64,000 nt of DNA. Source: Candidatus Sumerlaeia bacterium (GTDB lineage Bacteria > Sumerlaeota > Sumerlaeia > SLMS01 > JANRJK01). The notes below the pieces were generated by a model that saw only the letters and a list, made by a program, of their open reading frames with translations, was not told the origin of the DNA and ran no database searches. Every line of letters begins with the position of its first letter. Positions within the stretch are counted from its first letter, which is position 1. The stretch spans positions 64,001 to 128,000 of the forward strand of contig JANRJK010000036.1 in assembly GCA_033764015.1 (NCBI GenBank), written 5' to 3'. Made by a program: the position numbers and the translations under genes. Positions 1 to 8,280 of this stretch are shown one piece after another.

Positions 1-220
1 CGCGCTCGCGTCCATGTAGAGCCTCCGCGGGTGGAATCCCGCCAAGACGATAATCGCGACACACGCCCTGCAAGTAAAACGAAATGCTGTTGGACCTGCC
101 GAAGCATCTGTGGCACACGCATCACCTGCTTGTGGAAGGGCGCGCACCAACCCGCGCGCCGTTCGTCGAGTCGGCTTGTGCGTGGGCGGAATCGCCCGGA
201 GACTTCCTGCGGTGGAGCGG

Positions 221-610
221 ATGAAGAGACGCGGTGTCCTTGCGGTGGTCCTGGCGCTCGCCGTCGTTGCGGCGGCGGGAGTCGCGCTGCGCGTAACGGG
301 CTCGCGGCGGACGCCCGATGCGCCGCTGGTGCTTCCCTCCGAGCCTGCGGCCGCGAAGGGCCGCAAGCTGGACCGCGGGCCCTCGGAGGCGGAGCGAATC
401 CGCGCGGCGGAACGCAGCGCGCGGAACTTGGCGAACGAACCGTACCGCGCGCCGTTCGGACTGGACGCCGCCGACCCGGAGGGCGCGGCGAGGCTGCGAC
501 ACGCGGCTTTGGAGGCGGCGCGCGAGGCGCACCGGGGACCAGCCGGCGGAGAATTGGCGGCGAATCCGGCGCTCAAGCCCTACCAGATGCCTCGCGAGGC
601 GAAGCAATGA
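221..610 (+). CDS. Hypothetical membrane-anchored protein, first gene of an lpt-like operon
   Basis: ATG at 221 after GGAG; N-terminal hydrophobic anchor MKRRGVLAVVLALAVV; ATGA overlap with next gene. Confidence 0.65.
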   Translation: MKRRGVLAVVLALAVVAAAGVALRVTGSRRTPDAPLVLPSEPAAAKGRKLDRGPSEAERIRAAERSARNLANEPYRAPFGLDAADPEGAARLRHAALEAAREAHRGPAGGELAANPALKPYQMPREAKQ

Positions 611-1305
611 GGGCCCGCCGCTCCACCACCGCGCTCGCCGCCGCGCTCGCGCTGGGCGCCGCGCTGTCCCTGTCCGGCCAGGACGGCGCGCGCGACGACC
701 GGGTGCGGATCGAAGACCTCCGCATCACCAACACCCGCGGCACGGTGCGCATGCAGGACATGAAGGCGGAGAGCCTCGAAGTCGGCACGGACGCGCGCAT
801 CGCCGAAGCGCGAGAAGTCGAAGCGTTGGTGGCGTCGCGCGACGATTCCGCGGCCGGACCGATGCGTTGCACGGCGCCGGAGGCGACAATCTTCCTGCAG
901 GCTGGCGCCGAAGCCCCGCCCCCCACGCCGAAAGGAGCCCCCGATCCCGCGCCTTCGCAGGCGGATGCCGCGATGCTCGATTCCGTCGAGCGGATGCCCG
1001 CGGCCCGCCGCAGCGCCGGGGACTTCGTGCTGCGCGCCGATGGCGTGCGACGTGTCGAGTTGGAGGCGGAGGGCCGCGGACGAGTCGTGGCGGAGCGCCT
1101 CTTCTGGTCGGAGGAGCATCGGCACCTGGTCGGGGCGGGCGCCTTCGAACAACGCATTTCGACGCCGGAGGGCGGACTCATCACCGTCACCGGCGATTCC
1201 TTCGCGATCGACGCGAAGCTGAGCTCATGGTCCTACCACACCAAGGGTGGCACCCCGATCACCCTCACCGTCACCCCGCCGGGAACCGAAGGCACCGCCC
1301 CATGA
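607..1305 (+). CDS. LptC-like LPS export periplasmic protein
   Basis: Signal/anchor followed by beta-rich segment (VVAERLFWSEE..., ITVTGDSFAIDAKL); directly upstream of and coupled to an LptA/OstA-like gene. Confidence 0.5.
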   Translation: MRARRSTTALAAALALGAALSLSGQDGARDDRVRIEDLRITNTRGTVRMQDMKAESLEVGTDARIAEAREVEALVASRDDSAAGPMRCTAPEATIFLQAGAEAPPPTPKGAPDPAPSQADAAMLDSVERMPAARRSAGDFVLRADGVRRVELEAEGRGRVVAERLFWSEEHRHLVGAGAFEQRISTPEGGLITVTGDSFAIDAKLSSWSYHTKGGTPITLTVTPPGTEGTAP

Positions 1306-2426
1306 AGACACCGCGCCGCTGGACAGCCATTCCACTCGCCGCCGCCGCCGCGCTCGCGCTGTCGGCCTCGGCCGCCCTTGCGCAAGGCGCCGCGCAGGGC
1401 AACTTCCTCGAGGCGCTCGCGGGCCCCGACGGCAACGTGAGCTTCGTCGCCAACCGCACGCCCGACGGCAAGGCGGGGGCGGTCCGCATGAAGACGAAGG
1501 AGGACGGCGCCTTCGAGCGCATGGAGGCGGAGGGCGCCCTCGAGCTGAAGACTCCCCAGTTCGCGCTCCTGTGCCGCAACTTGGTGTTCGATGGCGCGGC
1601 GAACCGGCTGGAGGCCTGGGGCGACGTGCGCATCGACCAGCAGGGCCTCCGCGCCACCTGCGGACGCATGGTGTACGACGTCGCCACCAAGGAGATCCTC
1701 CTCAGCGAAACGCCCCGCGTGGAGCAGGATTCGGAAGGCAGCAAGCTGGTCTTCGAGGGCATGGACCGCTTCCGCATCGTGACGCGCGAGGACGGCTCGA
1801 ACGAGGTCCAGATCGACGGCGGCGCGGAGCAGATCCGGATCGAGTTCAACCAGACCGGCAGCGGCGGCTCCGCCACCGGCGGCGCGGCGGGGCTCGGCGC
1901 CATGGGCGACACGGTCCGCATCGCCGTCTCCCCGCGCGGCGACACGCCCGGCAAGGTGCTCACCACGGTTCGGCAGAGCCAGCTCCACACCTTCAACGCG
2001 CTCGGGTCGGTCCGAGTGCAGACGGACACCTTCGACCTGCGCTCGGACCAGCTCGCGTTCGACAACTCCCGGCAGCGGCTCGAAGCGCTCTCGAACGTCT
2101 TCCTCAAGCAGGAGGACATCGACGCGGACTGCTCGCGCATGGAGTACGCGCTCGACACGGATGTGATCACGCTGACCGGCAACCCGGTGGTGCGGAAGAG
2201 CTCGCCGGAGGGGCGCACGCTGATCCGCCAGCTCGAGCGCTTCGTGATCCGCCGCAACCCCAACGGCACGGTGACGACCGACATGGCGGCGCCGCCGGGG
2301 CTTTCGCCCGACATCAACTTCCAGCAGCCCGCCGATGGCCCCGTGCGGAACGGCGACGCGCCGACGACGGCGCCGCTCGAGATCCGGCTCGACGATCCCT
2401 CCGCGGTCGACGCGATCCCCGGGTGA
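1302..2426 (+). CDS. LptA/OstA-family periplasmic protein with two beta-jellyroll repeats
   Basis: Signal peptide; LEAWGDVRIDQ..ATCGRMVYD..ILLSETPRV repeated as LEALSNVFLKQ..ADCSRMEY..ITLTGNPVV. Confidence 0.7.
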   Translation: MKTPRRWTAIPLAAAAALALSASAALAQGAAQGNFLEALAGPDGNVSFVANRTPDGKAGAVRMKTKEDGAFERMEAEGALELKTPQFALLCRNLVFDGAANRLEAWGDVRIDQQGLRATCGRMVYDVATKEILLSETPRVEQDSEGSKLVFEGMDRFRIVTREDGSNEVQIDGGAEQIRIEFNQTGSGGSATGGAAGLGAMGDTVRIAVSPRGDTPGKVLTTVRQSQLHTFNALGSVRVQTDTFDLRSDQLAFDNSRQRLEALSNVFLKQEDIDADCSRMEYALDTDVITLTGNPVVRKSSPEGRTLIRQLERFVIRRNPNGTVTTDMAAPPGLSPDINFQQPADGPVRNGDAPTTAPLEIRLDDPSAVDAIPG

Positions 2427-2429
2427 GGC

Positions 2430-3101
2430 TTACGGAGTCGCCCGCGAGGTGAACTCGTAGGGGCGCACGGCGGCGCCCCAGACCTGGATGTCCATCGCGT
2501 CGAAACCGCGGTCCCAGCTCGTGAAGCCGTTCGCGGTGACGGTGACCTCGCTGGTGGCGTAGCTGGCGCCCGCCAGCTCGCTCGGGCAGTTCTTCTCGCG
2601 CGTGCCCCCGACGAAGGCGGAGCCGTTCCAGCGCAGGTACACCTCGCAGCCTTCCTTCTTGTCGAGCTGGTCCGGCGTCAACTGCGCGAGCAGCGACGGA
2701 TCGAGGTGCGCGTTGCGGTAGAGCGCGGCGTCCTCCAACTCCCACACCTCGGAGACGAACTCGCGGCGGCTCGTCTGGTAGACGAAGTAGACGCGCTGGC
2801 GGTAGGGGCGCGCGGGTGTGGCGGCGGATGCCTGCTCGATGTAGAGCGCCCGGCGCTTGCCGTCCACGGAGTCGAGCCGGGGCACCCGGCGGAGCGACAC
2901 CTGGATGGCGAAGTGCTCCTCGATCGCCTGCTTCGCCGGATCGGCGACCGAGGGCTTGTTGTCGAAGTCGCCCTCCATCCATTCCATCAGCGTGTCGAGG
3001 TCGCCCCCGGGGCCGGAGGACTTGGCGACGCCGGCGCAACCGGTGAGGGAGAGCGCCGAGGCGCACAGGATCGCTGCTGCAGTCGTGGTGCGGTGGATCA
3101 T
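2430..3101 (-). CDS. CpcT/CpeT-family (chromophore lyase-like) lipoprotein
   Basis: Lipobox LTGC; motifs GDFDN, LYIEQA..RPYRQRVY, GC, SWDRGFD...QVWG..PYEF. Confidence 0.8.
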   Translation of the reverse strand: MIHRTTTAAAILCASALSLTGCAGVAKSSGPGGDLDTLMEWMEGDFDNKPSVADPAKQAIEEHFAIQVSLRRVPRLDSVDGKRRALYIEQASAATPARPYRQRVYFVYQTSRREFVSEVWELEDAALYRNAHLDPSLLAQLTPDQLDKKEGCEVYLRWNGSAFVGGTREKNCPSELAGASYATSEVTVTANGFTSWDRGFDAMDIQVWGAAVRPYEFTSRATP

Positions 3102-3826
3102 TCCTGGTTTCCTCGCTTGGTGGTATCGGCGCCGCCGCCGAGCGTGCTCTCGCGGATGATGTGGAGGTTCTGCATCAGGTACCGGCCACCGCTGGCCACG
3201 GTCAGGAAGAGGGCGACCAGCAGCAGCACATGCAAGATGATGTCGTATATCCTGTCCGCGGCGAAGCGGGTGACAAGGGGATCATCCCAGACCCCCGCGG
3301 CGCGGAGGTAATCGCGGATCGCCAGGAAGCCGATGGTGGTCAGGATCGTGGCGAGTTGCCAGCCGGTCTTGTGCTTGCCGAGGCGGTCCGCCGCCATGAC
3401 CTGTCCGCTGGCGGCCGCGAGGCTGCGCAGTCCGCTCACGAGGAACTCGCGGCAGAGGATGATGATCACGAGCCAACTGGGGAAGATGCCGAGTTCGACG
3501 AACGCGACGAAGGCGGCGGTGACGAAGAGCTTGTCCGCGAGCGGATCCATCAGCTTGCCGAAGTTGCTCTGCAGGCCGTGCTTGCGCGCGAGGTGCCCGT
3601 CGAGCCAGTCGCTCACCGCCGCGGCCACCGCGATCGCGAACGCCGCGGTCCGGAAGAGCGCCGCGGTGAGGGGATTCGCCTCCGACTGGGCGAATCCGAA
3701 GCTGCGCGCGATGAACCCGTCGTAAGCGATCGCTCCCGGCGCGAGCAGGAAAAGCAGCATCGCGGGGATCGCGACGACGATGCGCGCGAGCGTCAGGCGG
3801 TTGGGCAGGCTCGGGTCGATGGCGAT
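3098..3826 (-). CDS. pgsA: CDP-diacylglycerol--glycerol-3-phosphate 3-phosphatidyltransferase (probable ATC start)
   Basis: LPNRLTLARI N-terminal motif; DWLDGHLAR...FGKLMDPLADK signature; REFLVSGLR; GKHKT. Confidence 0.9.
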   Translation of the reverse strand: MAIDPSLPNRLTLARIVVAIPAMLLFLLAPGAIAYDGFIARSFGFAQSEANPLTAALFRTAAFAIAVAAAVSDWLDGHLARKHGLQSNFGKLMDPLADKLFVTAAFVAFVELGIFPSWLVIIILCREFLVSGLRSLAAASGQVMAADRLGKHKTGWQLATILTTIGFLAIRDYLRAAGVWDDPLVTRFAADRIYDIILHVLLLVALFLTVASGGRYLMQNLHIIRESTLGGGADTTKRGNQE

Positions 3827-3851
3827 GGGCGGAGTCCTCCGGGCGCGTGCC

Positions 3852-4946
3852 CTAGATCACCATCGCGAAGGGGCTGCGCATGACTTCCGCCTCCATCGAC
3901 TCCGTCTCGTTGCGGAGGTGGAGCCGGGTGCCGACGGCGGACTTGAGCGCGTCGACGAATCCCAGCGCGACGCCGCAGCGGAGCTGCGGGCTGAGGATCG
4001 AGCTGGTGATGTAGCCGATCGGCATCATGCCGAGGCAGATGTCGGCGCGCTCCGGCGGCTGCTGCTGGCCGATGACCTTCAGCATCACCATGCGGCGCTG
4101 GAACTCGGCGGCCATGCTGTGGATGATCCCCAGACGGCCGTTGAAGAAGACCTTGTTGTAGTCGATCAGCGTCACCGCGCCGACCTCGATCGGGGTGACG
4201 TCCTCGCTCAGCTCGCGTCCCACGCCCGCCAGCCCCGCTTCGATGCGGAGCATCTCGATGGCGCGCTCGCCCACCGGCCGCACGCCGTGCGCGCGCCCCG
4301 CCTGCAGGAAGGTCTCGTACAGCGTCGGCAGGTAGACCGAGCCGGCGGTGACGATGAAGCCGTCCAGGCCGCTGAACTTGCGCCGCGAGACCAGGCACCG
4401 GGCGGTGCCCACCTGCGTCAGCTCGGAGCGGTACTCGCGGATCTCCGCGAGGCCGCCGCTCACCGTCTCGAGGAGCATCTGGGCGTTCGGCCCGACGAGT
4501 TCGAGCTGCCCCTGCGACGTGCCGACGTCGATGATCTCGACTGAGAACTCGGGGTGCTCCTCCGCCTGCTGCTGCAGCCACTGGTGGACGCGGGCGCGGT
4601 TCTCGGGGGAGCCGGAGAGCAGGATGTACTGCTCGTCCTTGAACACCGTCACGCGGTCGATGACGCCCCCCTTCTCGTTGCAAAGGAAGCTGGTCGAGAC
4701 GGAGCGGGGTCCCGCGCCGGAGATGTTCGAGGTGAGGACCTGGTCGAGGAAGCCCAGGCGCCCGCTGCCGTTCACGCGGAAGCGCGCCTTGTGGCTGAGG
4801 TCCACGATGCCGACCTGCTTGCGGAGGGCGGTGTACTCCTGCTCGACGCTGGAGAACATCACCGGGACGTCGAAGCCGCCGATATCCTCGAAGTGGGCGC
4901 CGGACTTCTCGTGCAACTGGTGGAGCGGTGACTTCTTCATCGCCAT
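3852..4946 (-). CDS. GcvT-family aminomethyltransferase / folate-binding protein
   Basis: KKSPLHQLH, GIVDLSH, NEKGGVID, LVGP, MLRIEAG, GYITS motifs. Confidence 0.85.
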   Translation of the reverse strand: MAMKKSPLHQLHEKSGAHFEDIGGFDVPVMFSSVEQEYTALRKQVGIVDLSHKARFRVNGSGRLGFLDQVLTSNISGAGPRSVSTSFLCNEKGGVIDRVTVFKDEQYILLSGSPENRARVHQWLQQQAEEHPEFSVEIIDVGTSQGQLELVGPNAQMLLETVSGGLAEIREYRSELTQVGTARCLVSRRKFSGLDGFIVTAGSVYLPTLYETFLQAGRAHGVRPVGERAIEMLRIEAGLAGVGRELSEDVTPIEVGAVTLIDYNKVFFNGRLGIIHSMAAEFQRRMVMLKVIGQQQPPERADICLGMMPIGYITSSILSPQLRCGVALGFVDALKSAVGTRLHLRNETESMEAEVMRSPFAMVI

Positions 4947-5025
4947 GGCCGTGGACGCCTCGCGGGAACAGTGGGCGCAAGATTGCGCGACGCGCCGCGG
5001 GCGGGTCCAGCGCAACCGCGCCGGT

Positions 5026-5661
5026 CTACCGCCCCGGCCCCGAGTCCAGCCGCACGATGTCGCCGGGGCTCGTGGTCCCGTTGGTCGGGTCGTACAGCGT
5101 GTCCACCGGCCCGAGCCCGACGGAATAGGGGAACCAGAGCCGGAATTCTCTGGGATCGAGGCGGCAGTAGGCCCCGAGGGAGTCCTCGATGTCGGGCCCG
5201 ATGCTGACAAGCCCCCAGCCGACGGGCCCTCGCGGCTCGCCGAAGCGCCGCGCGGCGGTGGAGCGGAAATTCTGGTAGAGGAGCGCCTCGTTCGGGTTCG
5301 GGGGGAAGAAGCCCGTCGCCGGCCCGCCCCCCGCGGCGGTGTAGATACGCGCGACGCCGAACGGGTCGCCGAAGCTGCCCCGACCCAGGTACGCCACCGG
5401 AGTGGTGAGCGGCGCCAGTTGGAAGTCCGCTAGGATCGCCAGCGGGTCGTGCGGCAGGACGGGCTCCGTGGGGGGCCAGTCGCTATTGTCGACGCGGTAG
5501 GCATGCAGCGCGTTGCCGACGGTCCGCAGGTTCGAGATTGCGGCGCCGACCTTCGCGCGGGTCTGGGCCTCGAGGAAATTGGGAAGCGCGATCGCGGCCA
5601 GGATCGCGACCACGGCGACGGTGATCAGCAGTTCGACGAGGGTGAAGGCGCGGCGGGTCAT
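5026..5661 (-). CDS. Prepilin-type N-terminal cleavage/methylation protein (YDPTNG family)
   Basis: RRAFTLVELL...PNFLEAQ N-terminus; LTTPVAY; SIGPD; YDPTNGTTSPGDIVR. Confidence 0.85.
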   Translation of the reverse strand: MTRRAFTLVELLITVAVVAILAAIALPNFLEAQTRAKVGAAISNLRTVGNALHAYRVDNSDWPPTEPVLPHDPLAILADFQLAPLTTPVAYLGRGSFGDPFGVARIYTAAGGGPATGFFPPNPNEALLYQNFRSTAARRFGEPRGPVGWGLVSIGPDIEDSLGAYCRLDPREFRLWFPYSVGLGPVDTLYDPTNGTTSPGDIVRLDSGPGR

Positions 5662-6446
5662 CGTCCGGGGGCCCCCGAGGGGTAGCGGCGCGCGGCGGCG
5701 TCCGCGGCGGCGGCTTGGACCGCCTCCCGCGCCCATGCGGGGCGCGCTTCGCCCGCGAGGGGAGCCGCGCTCGGCGCCGCCCCCGGTGAAGCTGTGGCCC
5801 CTTGGCCCGCCTCGACGCGCGCCTCGTCCCCCGCCGGGGACGCGACGAGCACCACGCCCGACTCGACCACGGTCCGCGTACCGGAAGGACCCGCGGAGAC
5901 TCCGAAGGAGGTGCCCAGGGCCGTCGACGTCCCGTCCGGGGTCCGCACGGCGTATCTTCCCGAATCGGGCCTTACGTCGCTCCAGACTTCGCCCAGCTCG
6001 AGGAACACCTCGTCCCTCGAGTCGATCCGCACCCGCGTGCCCTCCGCGAGGCAGAGGAGGATGCGGGAGTCGTCCAGCATCACGCAGAGGCGCTCGCCCG
6101 GACCGGTGACGAAGTTGCGTCCCCAAGCGACGCGCTCTACGGAAGCGCCGGCGCCGCTCCGCCAAACGGGGCAGTCCTCCGCGCGCCGGGGGAGGAGGCG
6201 CATCCCGAGCGGGAACGACAAGGCGAGCAGCGTAACCGCGGCCGCGGCCAGCGCCCAGGGCTCCCATCGGCGGGCGGGACGGCTGTGCGGCCCGGCGGTG
6301 GCGCCGACCCGCTCCTCCTCGATCCTGGCCCGGACGCGGGCGGCCATGGCGGCGCGCGAAGCGGAGGCGGCGATCTGCTCCGCCGCCCCCTCGCGCCCGA
6401 GCGCTTCGGCCAGAATGAGGTCTTTATCTCTTCCGTCGCTGTTCAT
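5658..6446 (-). CDS. FecR-family anti-sigma / sensor membrane protein
   Basis: Single TM followed by FecR motifs LDDS..L..GT, LELGEVW, VRTP..TALGTSFGV, VESGVV, VEAGQ; coupled to an ECF sigma. Confidence 0.85.
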   Translation of the reverse strand: MNSDGRDKDLILAEALGREGAAEQIAASASRAAMAARVRARIEEERVGATAGPHSRPARRWEPWALAAAAVTLLALSFPLGMRLLPRRAEDCPVWRSGAGASVERVAWGRNFVTGPGERLCVMLDDSRILLCLAEGTRVRIDSRDEVFLELGEVWSDVRPDSGRYAVRTPDGTSTALGTSFGVSAGPSGTRTVVESGVVLVASPAGDEARVEAGQGATASPGAAPSAAPLAGEARPAWAREAVQAAAADAAARRYPSGAPGR

Positions 6447-7111
6447 GGCAGCAACTCCTCCATGCGGATGCCTTGCGCTTCAAGGACTGCCCGCGCCTTC
6501 GCGAGCGAACGCTGCAGCTTCACTCCGACGGTGCCCATCGGCATATCGAGGGTCGCCGAGAGCTCCTTGATCGCGAGGCCGGCGAAGAAGCGCAGCGTGA
6601 GGAGCTCGCGCTCCGCGTCGGCAAGCTGGTCGAGCGCATGGAGGAGCCAGCGTCGGCGTTCGCGGTGGCGGAGCCCCTCGTCCTGGGCGCCGTCGACGGC
6701 GGGAGCCTGGCGGGCCAGCTCCTCCGGGTCCGTGGCGCGGGTGAGCGCCGCCGACGGCGCGCGGCGCACGCGGCCCGCCTGGCGCCGCGCCACAGTGAAT
6801 ATCCAAGGACCCAGCTCGCGGGGGCCGCGGAGCTGCCCCCGCTGCCGCCAAGCGGCCACGAAGGCCTCCTGCGCGATGTCGTCCGCCAGCTCGTGGTCGC
6901 CGGTCCAGGCCCGGAGCCACGCGACCAGGCGCGGCTGCAGCCGCTCCACGAGCAGATCCACCGCCGCAGGGTCGCCCTGCTGGAAGCGCTCGAACTCCCC
7001 CGGGGCGAGGATCGCGTCGGCCGCACCCGCGGTCTCCTCGGCGCCCGGGTTCCGGGCGAAGGCGTCGAAGGCGTGAAGGAGGGCAACGGCGGACAAGTCG
7101 GTGCGGGGCAT
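6443..7111 (-). CDS. ECF RNA polymerase sigma factor
   Basis: Region 2 ADDIAQEAFVAAW...WIFTVAR; region 4 LRFFAGLAIKELS..LDMPMGTV; ATG 7111 preferred over GTG 7150 because a promoter-like motif overlaps the latter. Confidence 0.9.
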   Translation of the reverse strand: MPRTDLSAVALLHAFDAFARNPGAEETAGAADAILAPGEFERFQQGDPAAVDLLVERLQPRLVAWLRAWTGDHELADDIAQEAFVAAWRQRGQLRGPRELGPWIFTVARRQAGRVRRAPSAALTRATDPEELARQAPAVDGAQDEGLRHRERRRWLLHALDQLADAERELLTLRFFAGLAIKELSATLDMPMGTVGVKLQRSLAKARAVLEAQGIRMEELLP

Positions 7112-7136
7112 CCGGGAGAGGGTGTCTAGGAGGAGT

Positions 7137-7224
7137 GTGCGCCGGTCCACCCGGTTTTTTACATCCCCGCAACAAAATCACCGGCACGCGCCCCGAATGA
7201 AAAAAAGAACCGGCGCGGTGGCAC
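7137..7224. promoter_or_regulatory. Divergent pair of matching putative ECF promoters, ATGWAAAAAA-N14-GCAC
   Basis: Minus copy 7164-7137 and plus copy 7197-7224 with identical spacing, each pointing at one of the divergent genes. Confidence 0.5.
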
Positions 7225-7275
7225 TAAAGCTTAGTCCGGCACCGCCACCCCCACTTCCCACGAAGGACAGTTCCC

Positions 7276-8274
7276 ATGAGGCCCCAACTCCGCGCCGCAA
7301 TCGCCATCCTCGCCGTTGCCGCCGCCGCCGTCGGTGCCCAGGCGCAATGCACCGACGTCCGCGAGGGGCCCTACTTCGGTCCCCTAAACGGGATGGATGC
7401 GTTCATCGTCCTGTGCTGGCCGGTCGCCTACGATGCCGGCACGGTGTTCACCGACTCGACGGGCGCGCCGATCACGCTCGCCGAGATCCCCCTGAACGCC
7501 ACGGTCCGCGCCACCGGGTGCGTTTTCAACAGTTTCTGGCTGCAGGCGGAGACGGTGCAGGTGCTCACACCGATCCAGCGGGAATGCACGGAGACCACGA
7601 GCGGCCTCTTGTTCGCCCACGACCCGGACGCCATGACGCTGAACGTGAACTGCTGGCCGGTCCACTACACCGGAAGCACGGTGTTCGAAGACTCGAACGG
7701 CTCCTCGATCCTGCCGGGCGACATCCCCGTCTTCGACGAAGTGACGGTCACCGGCTGCGCGGAGGACGACTTCACCATCACGGCCAACAAGGTCGTTTGG
7801 AACCGCGCGCCGTTCACCACGCTCGACTCCACCTTCGACGACGCGGTGGTCCTCGGCAGCAACGGCGCATCGAGCTACTTCGTGCAGAGCACCACGGACC
7901 CGGGGGTCGCCGCGACGGGGACGCCGAACCCGGCGCTGACGCTCCAGATCGGCAAGCGCTACATGTTCTCGTTCGCCAACCCCGCGGCGCACCCGTTCGC
8001 GCTGGTCCGCCGCGGCGCGACCCCGGCGGCGGACCAGGTGCTCCTCGTCCAGGGCGCCGGCGCGGGCTCCCTCGAGGGAGACGCCGCGATCGGCTGGACG
8101 GACAACGGGGCGGACTTCTTCTTCACGCTCACCCAGGAGCTGGCGGACGCGATGAACGGAGCCCCTTCGGCGGATGCGGGCTACCGCTGCAACATCCACT
8201 CGGGCGCCATGCGCGGGACGATCACGACGGTCGGAGCGGCCAGCGTCGGCACGGGTTGGATGATCTACCACTAA
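7276..8274 (+). CDS. Secreted protein: two DUF5666-like repeats + cupredoxin-like domain + C-terminal Trp motif
   Basis: Signal peptide; repeat CWPVxY..TVF.DS.G..I...IP....V..TGC twice; HPF...YRCNIHSGAMRG; ends SVGTGWMIYH. Confidence 0.75.
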   Translation: MRPQLRAAIAILAVAAAAVGAQAQCTDVREGPYFGPLNGMDAFIVLCWPVAYDAGTVFTDSTGAPITLAEIPLNATVRATGCVFNSFWLQAETVQVLTPIQRECTETTSGLLFAHDPDAMTLNVNCWPVHYTGSTVFEDSNGSSILPGDIPVFDEVTVTGCAEDDFTITANKVVWNRAPFTTLDSTFDDAVVLGSNGASSYFVQSTTDPGVAATGTPNPALTLQIGKRYMFSFANPAAHPFALVRRGATPAADQVLLVQGAGAGSLEGDAAIGWTDNGADFFFTLTQELADAMNGAPSADAGYRCNIHSGAMRGTITTVGAASVGTGWMIYH

Positions 8275-8280
8275 GGCGCA

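Noticed and set aside
1..26. Minus-strand ATG at 15 with GGAGG upstream
   Set aside because: Probably the start of a gene leaving the window, but five codons cannot be annotated
3852..4946. Naming this gene gcvT
   Set aside because: No gcvH or gcvP adjacent and the typical TGYTGE motif is diverged, so it was kept at family level
7219..7235. TGGCAC as a sigma54 -24 box (also near 110)
   Set aside because: No TTGC at the required -12 spacing
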